A stretch of DNA of 64,000 nt, from positions 1,988,833-2,052,832 of the forward strand of contig OY759767.1 of the NCBI GenBank assembly GCA_963662705.2, given 5' to 3'. The translations under genes and the position numbers were made by a program. This document shows positions 1 to 9,854 of this stretch, piece after piece (position 1 is the stretch's first letter; every line of letters begins with the position of its first letter). The DNA comes from Paracoccaceae bacterium. GTDB lineage: Bacteria; Pseudomonadota; Alphaproteobacteria; Rhodobacterales; Rhodobacteraceae. The notes beneath the pieces were generated by a model. It was not told the DNA's origin, did not search any database, and saw nothing but the letters and a program-made list of their open reading frames with translations.

Positions 1-430
1 CAAACGCATCCTCATGACTGGCACAGCGCACGGCATCGGTTTCGCCATAACCTGCGTCTGCCTTGCCGAAGGGGTCGAGGTATTCGCCGTCGGTCAGGAT
101 GGCGGCGCGAGGTCATAAGCCGAAGCAAAGATAGGACACCATTCAGGCGGATGGAAACACCACCCGCTCGACCTTGGACAATCCGAAAGCAATGCTGCCG
201 TGCTGCACACAATCGCGGATTGGCCCGTTCAGGACGGCCTGGTCAACTATGCCGCAATGCTGCAATGCCGGATTTCAGCTTTGCGGGAACAGTCACCGAA
301 TTTCGCTGCGCCATCGAAGTCGATGTCAACCTCACCCGGGCCCGTCGCGTCACCCGTGCTCAATTGCCGCCACGACGCCATTCCGCGGCGTCTGCCAGTG
401 CTCCGACAAATGATGCACCGCTCTGAAACG
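1..430 (+). pseudogene. Short-chain dehydrogenase/reductase (SDR) remnant. The 5' end is off-window, the gene is internally disrupted, and the catalytic half is absent
   Basis: Frame 2 reads ILMTGTAHGIGFAI (TGxxxGxG dinucleotide loop) and then hits an in-frame TAA at 116-118. The same frame resumes as ..LDLGQSESNAAVLHTIADWPVQDGLVNYAAM. After the near-duplicated GCAATGC-T-GCAATGC at 254-268, SDR-like text (FSFAGTVTEFRCAIEVDVNLT..VTRAQLP) continues in frame 1. No S..YxxxK half follows before the next gene. Confidence 0.5.
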
Positions 431-463
431 TGTGCCTCGTTCTCACTGAGTCAGAGATCAGGA

Positions 464-495
464 ATTTGCGCCACACGTGATTTGCGCCATACGTG
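464..495. repeat. 16-bp tandem direct repeat x2 (ATTTGCGCCACACGTG / ATTTGCGCCATACGTG)
   Basis: Read directly from the sequence. The two units are adjacent and differ at 1 position. They lie about 215 bp upstream of the ABC substrate-binding gene start (711). Confidence 0.9.
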
Positions 496-710
496 AACCG
501 CTCCCAAGATCGCGGCGCAGTTGTTTCTAGGAACCCGGCAGTGTAAACTGGGCCAGTCGGAAATAGCCCGCAAACTGCGGCAGGCTCCGGCGGTTTATTC
601 AGGACGCAGGATACTGCGGTCCCAAGTGTTCGATTGCGAGGTTCCGATTATTCTTCCAGCCGTTCATTTGAGGAACGCGGTTATTCCTTCGGAAAAAACA
701 GGAGATTAGA

Positions 711-2318
711 ATGACTAAGTACTATTCCGTCGCCAGTCCAATTTCGTTCGTCTTGGTGGCAGGCATAATCGCGTTTTCGAATCTCGCCCTTCACGCGGAA
801 CCGGATCGGGGGACCCTGGTCGTTGCGGTCAATCAGGAGCCGCAGGATCTTGCCGCGCAAGGTGCCTACAAGGAAATCAATGCTCCCGGTCTCCGGAACG
901 TGCTGGAAACGCTCATTGCGGTTGATCCGGTCTCCGGAGAGTTCATTCCGGTTTTGGCAACGGCCTGGGATAGGGTCGATGGAAGCACGCTACGGTTCAC
1001 GATTCGGGAAGGCGTGACGTTTCATGACGGGACTGCCATGACCGCCGAGGCCGTCGCAGAATCGGTGAGCTGGGTCTGGAGTGCGGAGAACGCATTCACA
1101 ATCCAGGAGTACGCCGGACCCGGCGAAATCTCCGCTGTCGCGATAGATGACGCAACCGTGGAAGTCAGATCAAGCGAACAAGATCCTCTGCTCGAATTCC
1201 GGCTGTCGCTGAATGGAATCTCGTCGCCAACGCAATTGGCGGAGAATCCTGCGAGGCATTTCGATACGCCTGTCGGAACGGGGCCCTACAAGTTCGTAGA
1301 GTGGCAACACGGCCAGTACTGGTCCGCAACCTACAACCCGGATTGGTGGGGATTGAACGCAGGCGATGCCTACGGCACCTCGAAGCCGGCCTTTTCGGAC
1401 CTGAAGTTCGTCTTCCGATCGGAAGACGCCGCGCGGGTCGCGATGGTCGAGAGCGGAGAAGCTCAACTCGCCATGTTCCCGTCCGCTGACGACTGCGCGC
1501 GTGCCGCTGAAGCCGAGAGTTACAATTGCGTGACAGGACCGTCGACAACCTATCTTTACGGTCGACTCGACCATTCGCTGCATGCCGACGAACGGTTGTC
1601 GGATCCAAGAATCCGTGAAGCGGTTTTCTCGGCGATCGATATCGCAGGCATCGTCGACCTTTACGGCATGGCGTCGGTGCCCCAGGGTCAACTCGGCGCA
1701 AAGGGTACGATCGGATTCAACGACGCGGTCAGCCCGTATGCCTATGATCTTGACCACGCGATGTCGCTGCTGGACCAAGCCAGGGCCGACGGCGTCGATG
1801 TTGACGGGCTTGAAATCGAAATCGTGGGACGTGATACGACGCCCCGCATCAAACCGATCGTCGAGGCCCTGGGGGCAATGCTTGGCATGGCCGGCATAGG
1901 CACCGACATCAGGGTGCAGACGCCGGCGGAGTTCAACCCGCGGGTTCGCATCACCGGCTATTCGAACGAGCCCGGACGCCAGATGATGCAGGTTCACGTC
2001 AAGCAGAATCCTTCCGGAGATTACGGTCTGTTGCTGTTGTCGAACTATGCCTGCCCGAACATCGATGATCCGACAGGTCCGTCGCGATCCTCGGTGTATT
2101 GCGACGAAGAATTCGACTCCAGCCTGTTCGAGGCCCTGGCAAGTTTCGGGGAGGAACGGGGTGAAAGAATGCGGGAGCTGGTTCAGTATGTCCACGACCG
2201 GCACCTGATCGTCCCGCTCGCGTTGCTGGATCGAGGCCACCTCGTGGAGGCCGGGCTGGAATTCACATTCGGGACGGATCACAGGATCCAGGCGGTTTAC
2301 GTCAAACCGGACTCATGA
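711..2318 (+). CDS. ABC transporter substrate-binding protein, family 5 (peptide/nickel/opine type)
   Basis: 535-aa ORF with AGGAG just upstream of the ATG and an N-terminal signal-like hydrophobic stretch (FVLVAGIIAFSNLALHA). It is the first gene of an SBP-permease-permease-ATPase operon. Overall text is DppA/OppA-like. Confidence 0.88.
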   Translation: MTKYYSVASPISFVLVAGIIAFSNLALHAEPDRGTLVVAVNQEPQDLAAQGAYKEINAPGLRNVLETLIAVDPVSGEFIPVLATAWDRVDGSTLRFTIREGVTFHDGTAMTAEAVAESVSWVWSAENAFTIQEYAGPGEISAVAIDDATVEVRSSEQDPLLEFRLSLNGISSPTQLAENPARHFDTPVGTGPYKFVEWQHGQYWSATYNPDWWGLNAGDAYGTSKPAFSDLKFVFRSEDAARVAMVESGEAQLAMFPSADDCARAAEAESYNCVTGPSTTYLYGRLDHSLHADERLSDPRIREAVFSAIDIAGIVDLYGMASVPQGQLGAKGTIGFNDAVSPYAYDLDHAMSLLDQARADGVDVDGLEIEIVGRDTTPRIKPIVEALGAMLGMAGIGTDIRVQTPAEFNPRVRITGYSNEPGRQMMQVHVKQNPSGDYGLLLLSNYACPNIDDPTGPSRSSVYCDEEFDSSLFEALASFGEERGERMRELVQYVHDRHLIVPLALLDRGHLVEAGLEFTFGTDHRIQAVYVKPDS

Positions 2319-2395
2319 ATATCGGCGCGGGCGGCCCCAGGATTCTTTCCCGGGGCCGTCAGCCTTTCCACCAGGAGAACTGAAGCTCGTCCTGG

Positions 2396-3358
2396 ATGGT
2401 GTATTTCGTAACACGAATAGCGAATTCGTTTCTGCTTCTGCTGCTGACGGTCAGTTTCGTGTTCTTGGCCGGGCGACTGATCGGAGATCCGGCCCTTAAC
2501 ATGCTGGGGCCGGGAGCCAGCGACCTTGCGCTGGAAAAGTTGCGGAATGCTGCGGGGCTGAACGATCCCCTCTGGCAGCAGTATTTGCGCTATATTGGCA
2601 ACCTGATCCAGGGCGATTTCGGCGTCAGTTACCGTTTCGGGTTTTCGGTCCTGCCGTCGGAGGACCTCGATGCAATCGGCCAACCGGTCGTTGCGATCGT
2701 ACTTGAGCGACTACCTGCAACCTTTCTGCTCGCGGCGGTCGCCATGGGACTGGCGGTCCCCCTTGGCGTACTCATGGGGGTCGCTGCCGCGGCGAACCCG
2801 CTCTCCGCAATCGACAGGCTGGTTTCCGCGATCGCCCTTGCGGGCGTTTCGATCGTACAGTTCTGGCTGGGCTTGATGCTGATCGTCCTGTTCGCTGTTC
2901 AACTCGGCTGGCTGCCGACCGGTGGATACGGAGGCGCGAGCCACGTCATTCTCCCGGCGCTCACGCTCGCGGCGCGGCCGATCGGCAGGATCGCGCAAAT
3001 TTCCAGGAGCGCCATGCTGGACGAACTGTCGAAACCCTACGTTGTAACCGCGAGGGCAAAAGGGTTGAACGAAAGCAGGATCGTGTTCCTGCATGCTCTC
3101 AGGAATGCTGCAGTGCCAATCATCACGATGATCGGAGATGAGCTGTCAGCCCTGCTTACCGGTGCTATTCTCGTCGAGAAGATCTTTGCATGGCCCGGAA
3201 TCGGATTGCTGATCATCGACTCCCTGACCCGCAGTGACCTTCCCCTGATTCAGGCCTCGATCGCAGTGGTGGCCGCGCTGGTCGTTGTGGTCAATCTCCT
3301 GGTTGATCTTGCCTATCGTTTGGTCAACCCGCGAATCCGTCTCGGAAAAGGGGTCTGA
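2396..3358 (+). CDS. ABC transporter permease (DppB/OppB type)
   Basis: 320 aa with multiple hydrophobic helices. It has a GDP motif near the N-terminus (GRLIGDPAL) and an EAA-like loop (YVVTARAKGLNESRIVFLHALRNA). Confidence 0.9.
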   Translation: MVYFVTRIANSFLLLLLTVSFVFLAGRLIGDPALNMLGPGASDLALEKLRNAAGLNDPLWQQYLRYIGNLIQGDFGVSYRFGFSVLPSEDLDAIGQPVVAIVLERLPATFLLAAVAMGLAVPLGVLMGVAAAANPLSAIDRLVSAIALAGVSIVQFWLGLMLIVLFAVQLGWLPTGGYGGASHVILPALTLAARPIGRIAQISRSAMLDELSKPYVVTARAKGLNESRIVFLHALRNAAVPIITMIGDELSALLTGAILVEKIFAWPGIGLLIIDSLTRSDLPLIQASIAVVAALVVVVNLLVDLAYRLVNPRIRLGKGV

Positions 3359-3395
3359 ACTCTTGTCGACCGGCTTCAGGATTCGAGATGGCGGA

Positions 3396-4292
3396 ATGAC
3401 CGGTCCGCAGGAGACCCGAGCCTCCTTCACGAACTATGCATGGTCGATCGTCAAAGATCGGATAACGCTGGCGGCCGTCGTCTTTTTGGCACTGCTCTGT
3501 GTATTTTCCGTCGGTGCGGAAATCCTGGCGCCTTATCCGCCGACCGGTCTGAACCTTTCCGACAGAATGCTGCCGCCCGGTGCGACCGGTACGAAGGGAT
3601 CGTTTTATGTGCTCGGCACCGATGAACTGGGCCGCGACCTGTTCTCTAGGTTGATCTATGGTGCCCGGGTCTCCGTTTCGGTCGGTGTCCTTGGCGCCGT
3701 GGTTTCATGCGTGCTCGGCGTTGTCGCCGGGCTGACGGCGGGCTATTTCGGCGGGCTGTACGAAGACATCATCATGCGTTTCGTTGACGGGATGCTGTCA
3801 TTGCCGTCCTTGCTCGTGGCCCTGTTCGTACTGTTCGTGATCGGTGGAGGCTACGTCAATCTGATTCTCGTATTTTCCGTGCTCCACTGGATGGTGTTCT
3901 GTCGCCTGTCCCGGGGACTGGCGCTAGGTGCCCGAACGGCAACCTATGTCCAGGCGGCCCGGACGCTCGGTGCATCCCGATTACGGATCGTGTTCAGGCA
4001 CATCCTGCCCAATGTCATGGCGCCGATCATCGTTCTCTTCACCCTGGAAATCGCGATTCTTATCCTCTCTGAGGCATCGCTCAGCTTTCTTGGTTTCGGC
4101 GTTCAACCTCCGGACCCGTCCTGGGGCCTCATGATCGCGGATGGTCGGGAGCACATCCGTTCCGCGTGGTGGCTGGTGACATTTCCAGGCCTGGCGATCT
4201 TTCTGACGGCCCTGAGTCTGAACCTCGTTGCAAACTGGGTTCGGGCCGTGACCGACCCGGTTCAACGCTGGCGCTGGCTCAAAGGAACCTGA
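3396..4292 (+). CDS. ABC transporter permease (DppC/OppC type)
   Basis: Multi-TM protein with loop YVQAARTLGASRLRIVFRHILPNVMAPI. The start is set at ATG 3396, the first in-frame ATG after the upstream gene's stop at 3358. The track ORF begins at 3285 inside that upstream gene. Confidence 0.85.
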   Translation: MTGPQETRASFTNYAWSIVKDRITLAAVVFLALLCVFSVGAEILAPYPPTGLNLSDRMLPPGATGTKGSFYVLGTDELGRDLFSRLIYGARVSVSVGVLGAVVSCVLGVVAGLTAGYFGGLYEDIIMRFVDGMLSLPSLLVALFVLFVIGGGYVNLILVFSVLHWMVFCRLSRGLALGARTATYVQAARTLGASRLRIVFRHILPNVMAPIIVLFTLEIAILILSEASLSFLGFGVQPPDPSWGLMIADGREHIRSAWWLVTFPGLAIFLTALSLNLVANWVRAVTDPVQRWRWLKGT

Positions 4293-4304
4293 AACGGGAC
4301 TGCC

Positions 4305-6116
4305 ATGGAACCACTCGCTTCAATTGATGGATTGCGTGTCGAGTTCCCTGCACTCGGCGGAACAGTGGTCGCGGTTCGACACGTCAACCTGGAGGTCGTT
4401 CCTGGCGAGATCTTGTGCATCGTGGGCGAGTCCGGAAGCGGAAAATCCGTGACATCGAACGCATTGATGCAGTTGACCCGTTTTTCCGGCGGACAAGTGA
4501 CCAGTGGCCACCTGAACTTTGTTCGCCGCTCTGGTGACGAACTGGACCTGCGTACCGCGGACGAGCGGCAGATGCGGCGGATTCGCGGCAACGAAATTGG
4601 CATGGTCTTCCAGGAACCGATGGCTGCACTGAACCCGTCCTATACCGTCGGCTGGCAGTTGTCTGAAGGCCTGATGAAGCACCGAGGGTTGTCGCGGAAG
4701 GAGGCATGGAATCGATCGCTGGATCTGCTCGTCAGGGTGCGGATTCCGGATCCGGAGCGCAGGCTGAGACAATTCCCTCACGAACTCTCGGGCGGCATGT
4801 GTCAACGGGTTGTCATCGCAATGGCCTTGGCCTGCGAACCGCGTCTGCTCATCGCCGATGAACCGACAACGGCACTTGACGTGACAGTTCAGGCCGAAAT
4901 TCTGGCATTGATCAGACGTTTGTGCAGCGAAACGGGAGCGGCCGTGCTCCTGATTACCCATGACATGGCGGTCGTTGCGCAGATGGCCGATCGGGTTGCC
5001 GTCATGCGCGGGGGCGAAATGGTCGAGACAGGTTCCGTCCACCAGATCATCCTGCGACCAAGGCATGCTTACACGCGCACGCTTTTGGCAGCGGTGCCGA
5101 AGATTGGTGAAATGGCTGGCAAGCCATCACCGGCACGGATCGGGACGTCCGGCGATGTGGACCGGAACGAAGCGATGCCTTGCGCGGACGGGGAACGCAT
5201 TCTCGAAGTCAGGAATCTCGTCAGGCGATTCCCGGTGCACGGCGGCCTGTTCAGACGGACGATCGCAAATGTTCATGCGGTCGAAGACGTGTCGTTTCGC
5301 GTGGGCGAGAAGGAGACGCTGGCCATGGTGGGGGAGTCCGGCAGCGGCAAGTCCACGGTCGGGCGTTGCATACTGCGGCTGGAAGAACCGGATTCCGGCG
5401 AAATTCGGTTTCGCGGGCGGGACCTTCTGTCACTGTCGCGACGGGAAATGCGAGACCGGTTCCGCGACATTCAAATGGTTTTTCAGGATCCGTACGGTTC
5501 CTTGAATCCGCAGATGCACGTGCTCGACCAGATTGCTGAACCAATTCGCAACTTCGGCCTGGACAGGGGCAGCGCGCTCGAGGATCGCGTCGCGGACCTG
5601 CTGGAGCGCGTCAAGTTGCCGCGCCAGTTCCTCCGGCGATTTCCGAACGAACTTTCGGGCGGTCAGCGTCAACGGGTCGCAATTGCCCGTGCACTGGCAG
5701 TGAATCCCGAATTCATCGTCGCCGACGAGGCAGTGTCCTCGCTGGACGCATCAATCCGGGCGAAGGTCCTGGACCTGATGATGGACCTTCAATCCGACCT
5801 GGGTTTGTCGTATTTGTTCATCAGTCACGACATGGCGGTCGTCGAGCGCATTTCCCATTTCGTTGCCGTCATGTTTCAGGGGCGAATCGTGGAAATGGGA
5901 CGACGCAGCGACATTTTCGAACGTCCTCACCACCCCTATACGAGGTCCCTGCTTGCCGCGGTTCCGAAGATGGATCCGGCTGCCCGGATTTCGCGTAACG
6001 AGACCGATGCGAGACCGCTCCACACCCCGATCCATGCTGCTGGCCACGACCCCGGACCCAGCCGCTACGACGAAATCGCACCCGGACATTTCCTGTTGCG
6101 AGACGGTATACTGTGA
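4305..6116 (+). CDS. ABC transporter ATP-binding protein, fused double cassette (DppD/DppF-like)
   Basis: Two Walker A motifs (GESGSGKS twice), two ABC signatures (LSGGMCQRV, LSGGQRQRV) and two Walker B motifs (LLIADEPT, FIVADEAV). Confidence 0.95.
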   Translation: MEPLASIDGLRVEFPALGGTVVAVRHVNLEVVPGEILCIVGESGSGKSVTSNALMQLTRFSGGQVTSGHLNFVRRSGDELDLRTADERQMRRIRGNEIGMVFQEPMAALNPSYTVGWQLSEGLMKHRGLSRKEAWNRSLDLLVRVRIPDPERRLRQFPHELSGGMCQRVVIAMALACEPRLLIADEPTTALDVTVQAEILALIRRLCSETGAAVLLITHDMAVVAQMADRVAVMRGGEMVETGSVHQIILRPRHAYTRTLLAAVPKIGEMAGKPSPARIGTSGDVDRNEAMPCADGERILEVRNLVRRFPVHGGLFRRTIANVHAVEDVSFRVGEKETLAMVGESGSGKSTVGRCILRLEEPDSGEIRFRGRDLLSLSRREMRDRFRDIQMVFQDPYGSLNPQMHVLDQIAEPIRNFGLDRGSALEDRVADLLERVKLPRQFLRRFPNELSGGQRQRVAIARALAVNPEFIVADEAVSSLDASIRAKVLDLMMDLQSDLGLSYLFISHDMAVVERISHFVAVMFQGRIVEMGRRSDIFERPHHPYTRSLLAAVPKMDPAARISRNETDARPLHTPIHAAGHDPGPSRYDEIAPGHFLLRDGIL

Positions 6117-6240
6117 GTCGGCCGACCTTGGTGTTCACCCGTTCCTGGGTCCCGTGTCCGATGCGGGGAATCCCACCAGGCCTGCGTGCAAAGCAGAGTG
6201 TCATGCGGGCACGGGGTTTTGCGCTGGAAGGTAGCTGATT

Positions 6241-6996
6241 GTGATTCTGCAAGGCATCGGGGACCGGGGAAGGGCGATTGGCTGGGTCCTGTTTTTTTCT
6301 GGCATCATGTTGGCGTGGTGGATCATGTTCACCATGGCCGGAATGTCGGGACTGAATGTATTCGGGGAGGCCGTCAGTGCGAACATGATGCCCATGCAAG
6401 GATTTCACGTGCTGTTTCCAATGTGGGCGATCATGATGTTGGCCATGATGGGGCCGACGCTGGCGCCGGTTCTCGTTTCCTTCGAGGGGCTGATCAACTC
6501 TGGCCATGCGAACCGCACGGGATGGACGGGTTTGATCGCGGGTTATGCTCTCGCCTGGTTCGGTTTCGCAGGTGCCATGGCGCTAGTGCAAACGGGTCTT
6601 TTCCTGCTGGAGTTGATAGACCTGCTCGGAGCGGCGACGTTTCGGTGGCTTCAGGCAGTCATTCTATTCGTGGTCGGGGGCTACCAGTTTACGCGGGCAA
6701 AGGAGGTCTGCCAGGGAATCTGCTTGTCTCCCACATTGTATTTCCTCGGGCGCTGGCGGCCGGGGTTTCGGGGCGGTTTGCGATTGGGAATGGGATTCGG
6801 GGCGTATTGTGTCGCATGCTGTTGGGGATTCATGATGCTCGGTTTTGTTGGCGGAACCATGAACCTCTTGTGGATGGGACTTGCAACTGCCGTCATGATA
6901 CTCGAAAAGTTGCCGGAAGTCGCGACCTTCGTGACGAGACCCCTGGGTATAATTCTCATGGTTTTCGGTTTGTTGCTGGCGGGAGGAATCCTATGA
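6241..6996 (+). CDS. DUF2182-like predicted metal-binding integral membrane protein
   Basis: 251-aa ORF with a GTG start. It is very hydrophobic and rich in Met, Trp and Cys (CVACCWGFMMLGF). The text resembles DUF2182 as I recall it, and it sits next to a DUF1326-like gene, which is the usual pairing. Confidence 0.6.
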   Translation: MILQGIGDRGRAIGWVLFFSGIMLAWWIMFTMAGMSGLNVFGEAVSANMMPMQGFHVLFPMWAIMMLAMMGPTLAPVLVSFEGLINSGHANRTGWTGLIAGYALAWFGFAGAMALVQTGLFLLELIDLLGAATFRWLQAVILFVVGGYQFTRAKEVCQGICLSPTLYFLGRWRPGFRGGLRLGMGFGAYCVACCWGFMMLGFVGGTMNLLWMGLATAVMILEKLPEVATFVTRPLGIILMVFGLLLAGGIL

Positions 6997-7025
6997 CGCG
7001 AACGGCTGGGGCGAGGGAGTAACCG

Positions 7026-7733
7026 ATGACTGGCACGGGGAAGGCAGGGGTTCGTCGCAGAGACCGGCTGGAAGTCCTGGAACGAATCGACCAGCGCATG
7101 ATCCCCACGCGGCGCCGGCGGGAACCGACTGACTGGCAAATCAAGGGGGAATTGTTCCTGAACTGTTCATGCACTGTCTTTTGCCCGTGTGTCGTCAGTC
7201 TGGGGAAACACCCGCCAACCGAGGGATACTGCCACGCATGGATGGCGATCAGCATCGATGACGGGCATTTCGAAGGAGAAAGTCTTGCCGGCCTGAGTGT
7301 CGGCCTGCTGGTCGATATTCCGGGAAGGATGGCGGAAGGCAACTGGAAGGTTGCCGCATATGTTGACGACCGTGCAACCCAAAAGGCGTACAATGGAATT
7401 CTGAAAGTCCTGTCGGGATCAGCCGGCGGGACAACAGGCTTGTTCACCATGCTCGTGAGCACGATCATCCACGCCGAAAGAACCAAGGTCGAGATCGTCA
7501 AGGAAAAACGACGCCGTTCGATCGTCGTGGGAAGGAAAATCCAGGGAGAGATCGAGGAAGTTGCCGGACTGAACCCGGACGAACAGGTCGTCATTCGGAA
7601 TAGCCGCTACTGGGTTGGCCCGGACATCGTTGTCGCGAAAGGCTTGCGGTCGCGACTCCGTGACCATGGCAGGGTTTGGGACTTCGACGGCAAGTCGGCG
7701 GAAATTTGCAGGATTGACTGGTCCGGCCCGTGA
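7026..7733 (+). CDS. DUF1326-like cysteine-rich protein
   Basis: The N-terminal text DWQIKGELFLNCSCTVFCPCVV matches the DUF1326 hallmark. A GAGGGAG Shine-Dalgarno lies about 7 nt before ATG 7026. The alternative start is ATG 7098. Confidence 0.65.
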   Translation: MTGTGKAGVRRRDRLEVLERIDQRMIPTRRRREPTDWQIKGELFLNCSCTVFCPCVVSLGKHPPTEGYCHAWMAISIDDGHFEGESLAGLSVGLLVDIPGRMAEGNWKVAAYVDDRATQKAYNGILKVLSGSAGGTTGLFTMLVSTIIHAERTKVEIVKEKRRRSIVVGRKIQGEIEEVAGLNPDEQVVIRNSRYWVGPDIVVAKGLRSRLRDHGRVWDFDGKSAEICRIDWSGP

Positions 7734-7806
7734 CGCGCGCCCGCATGCAAAGGGCAAATGCGGTTCCGCGAGCGGTTCGGCAACAAAAATAGGCAAGGAA
7801 AGCACC

Positions 7807-8799
7807 ATGAAATTCAATGCGCTTGTGGTGAGAAAACAGCCAGAGGGGACTACGGCCGCCGCGGTCGAGCAGATCGGCAAGGATGATCTGCCAGACGGGG
7901 ATGTGACCGTTGCCGTCGAGTATTCGACCGTCAATTACAAGGACGGTCTCTGCCTGGGGCCTGGAGGGGGGCTCGTCAGGAATTATCCGCATGTTCCGGG
8001 AGTCGATTTTGCCGGAACGGTCGAATGCTCGGATGACGGGCGTTTTCAGCCGGGTGACAGGGTCGTTCTCACGGGTTGGCGCGTCGGGGAGGTCCGGTGG
8101 GGGGGTTATGCCCAGAAGGCGCGTGTCAAGGCAGATTGGCTGGTCCGCGTTCCCGAGGGATTGACAACACGACATGCCATGATTGTCGGGACCGCCGGAT
8201 TCACATCGATGCTGGCGGTCATGACACTGGAAGACCACGGCCTGGAACCGGGCAGCGGTCCCGTGCTCGTGACCGGTGCGGCCGGGGGCGTCGGTTCGGT
8301 CGCAACGGCCATTCTTGCCAGGCTCGGGTATGAGGTTGCCGCGGTGACTGGAAGGGCTGAAACCGGAGACTACCTGAAGTCGCTTGGGGCTTCCGAGATA
8401 ATTGACCGGAAACAGATTGATGAAACCGTCAAGCGCCCGCTTGAATCGGAAAGATGGGCAGGGTGCATCGACGCTGTTGGTGGAAATATGCTTGCCCGGT
8501 TGCTCGGCCAGATGAAGTACGGTTCGTCCGTCGCTGCGGTTGGTCTTGCTGGGGGGGCCAATGTGCCGGCTTCGATCATCCCGTTTCTCCTGCGTGGCGT
8601 CAGTTTGCTCGGAATTGACAGTGTCCTTCAACCGCATGCCAACAGAGTGCGCGTTTGGGACCGGATTGCATCGGGCGTTCCCGGCGAATTGCTCGAGTCG
8701 ATGGCGCAACCGGCGACGCTCGCCGATTTGCCTGACCTCGGTTCCAGGATCCTCAGGGGCAAGGTCAAGGGACGGGTCATCGTTGACGTGAACGCGTAG
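7807..8799 (+). CDS. YhdH/AcuI-type MDR oxidoreductase (putative acrylyl-CoA reductase / quinone oxidoreductase)
   Basis: MKFNALVV..VAVEYSTVNYKDGL..PGVDFAGTV..VTGAAGGVGS is typical of the YhdH/AcuI subgroup. AAGGAAAG precedes ATG 7807. The upstream 64 codons of the track ORF overlap the previous gene. Confidence 0.82.
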   Translation: MKFNALVVRKQPEGTTAAAVEQIGKDDLPDGDVTVAVEYSTVNYKDGLCLGPGGGLVRNYPHVPGVDFAGTVECSDDGRFQPGDRVVLTGWRVGEVRWGGYAQKARVKADWLVRVPEGLTTRHAMIVGTAGFTSMLAVMTLEDHGLEPGSGPVLVTGAAGGVGSVATAILARLGYEVAAVTGRAETGDYLKSLGASEIIDRKQIDETVKRPLESERWAGCIDAVGGNMLARLLGQMKYGSSVAAVGLAGGANVPASIIPFLLRGVSLLGIDSVLQPHANRVRVWDRIASGVPGELLESMAQPATLADLPDLGSRILRGKVKGRVIVDVNA

Positions 8800-8910
8800 G
8801 CTGCGGTCATGATGGGAAAGCATGGAAAAACGCGGGTTTTCGTATCGCGCCCCTGTTTGCCCCGGAGCTCCCCGGGACGGGCGGCTGAAACGCCACCGGG
8901 GAATTCCATG

Positions 8911-9486
8911 TCAAACGCTTAGTCTCATGACGTAACGACGGCTGCCGGCGCGGCCGACTTCGACAAAACCGGCGTTTCTGAACGATTCGACGAATCCCAT
9001 GAAGCGATAGCTCGGAGAGTCTCCGTCTACCGGATAGGCTTCGATCACACGCGCGTCGCGGTCGCGTGCCGTTGAAACGGCAGCGTCGAGCAACCCTGAA
9101 AAAAGACCGCGTCCCCGATATGCCCTTTTGACAAAGAAACATGTAATTGACCAAATTCGGTTTTCATCCTCTTCGCCGATTTCCGGGCCTCCGAGTTTCT
9201 TGAATGTCGATCTCGGTGCAACCGAGCACCAACCGACCGGGGTCTGTTCGTGATAGGCGATGATACCGACCGGCACCCCATTGGAGACGAGATCGTGCAA
9301 TTGCGCCCGCAACATTCGCTTTCGTTCGTTTTTCGGCCACTTTGAAGCGCCAACAGGCTTGGGTCGCCAAACCATGCACCAGCAGTATGATGGGCCGCCC
9401 CGGCCTTCGAAAAGTTTGACGAGATCCTCCCAGATGGCCTTGTCGACGGCACGAAACCGAAACATCTGGCCAGGTTTTTCGGCCAT
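8911..9486 (-). CDS. GNAT family N-acetyltransferase
   Basis: The 191-aa version starts at MAEKPGQ (ATG 9486). It has an acetyl-CoA pocket-like RGRGLFSGLLDAAV motif and the CWCM motif of a known GNAT subgroup. Confidence 0.78.
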   Translation of the reverse strand: MAEKPGQMFRFRAVDKAIWEDLVKLFEGRGGPSYCWCMVWRPKPVGASKWPKNERKRMLRAQLHDLVSNGVPVGIIAYHEQTPVGWCSVAPRSTFKKLGGPEIGEEDENRIWSITCFFVKRAYRGRGLFSGLLDAAVSTARDRDARVIEAYPVDGDSPSYRFMGFVESFRNAGFVEVGRAGSRRYVMRLSV

Positions 9487-9854
9487 TTCAGGGTTCTCCT
9501 GACTTGCGTTCCTGCGCCCGATAGTCGAAGACCGAAACTCGTTGTCCGGCGCCGTATCGTCGATGCACCGTAACCGGCACGAGCCCGCGATCAACCCTGA
9601 TTTCCGCCGTCGCGCAAGGTTTGCCCGGCAAGGAGTGTTCCGGAGCGGTGTATTCCGGTGATCGGCGAGCAAAAGGGGACTGCGGCCGTGAGCCAGATCA
9701 GGATTCAGCCGATTGACCATGTGACGGAAAGACACCGGAAACCCGGACGTTCCTCGACATTGATTGCCTCTGCAACTTTCCGGTGCTGTCAATGCCTGCT
9801 TTCCGCTGAGATCCTAATTCATGGCCTTGGCACCGGAAATCACCGGTAGGTCGC

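Noticed and set aside
1170-2282. 370-aa minus-strand ORF inside the ABC substrate-binding gene, and similar long antisense or alternative-frame ORFs at 7591-8823, 9840-11330, 25402-26727, 30035-31174, 32228-33400, 34111-34947 and 60831-61601
   Set aside because: Each one overlaps a gene on the other strand or frame that has clear family motifs. Their translations are Arg/Pro/His-rich with no motifs. These are typical GC-rich shadow ORFs.
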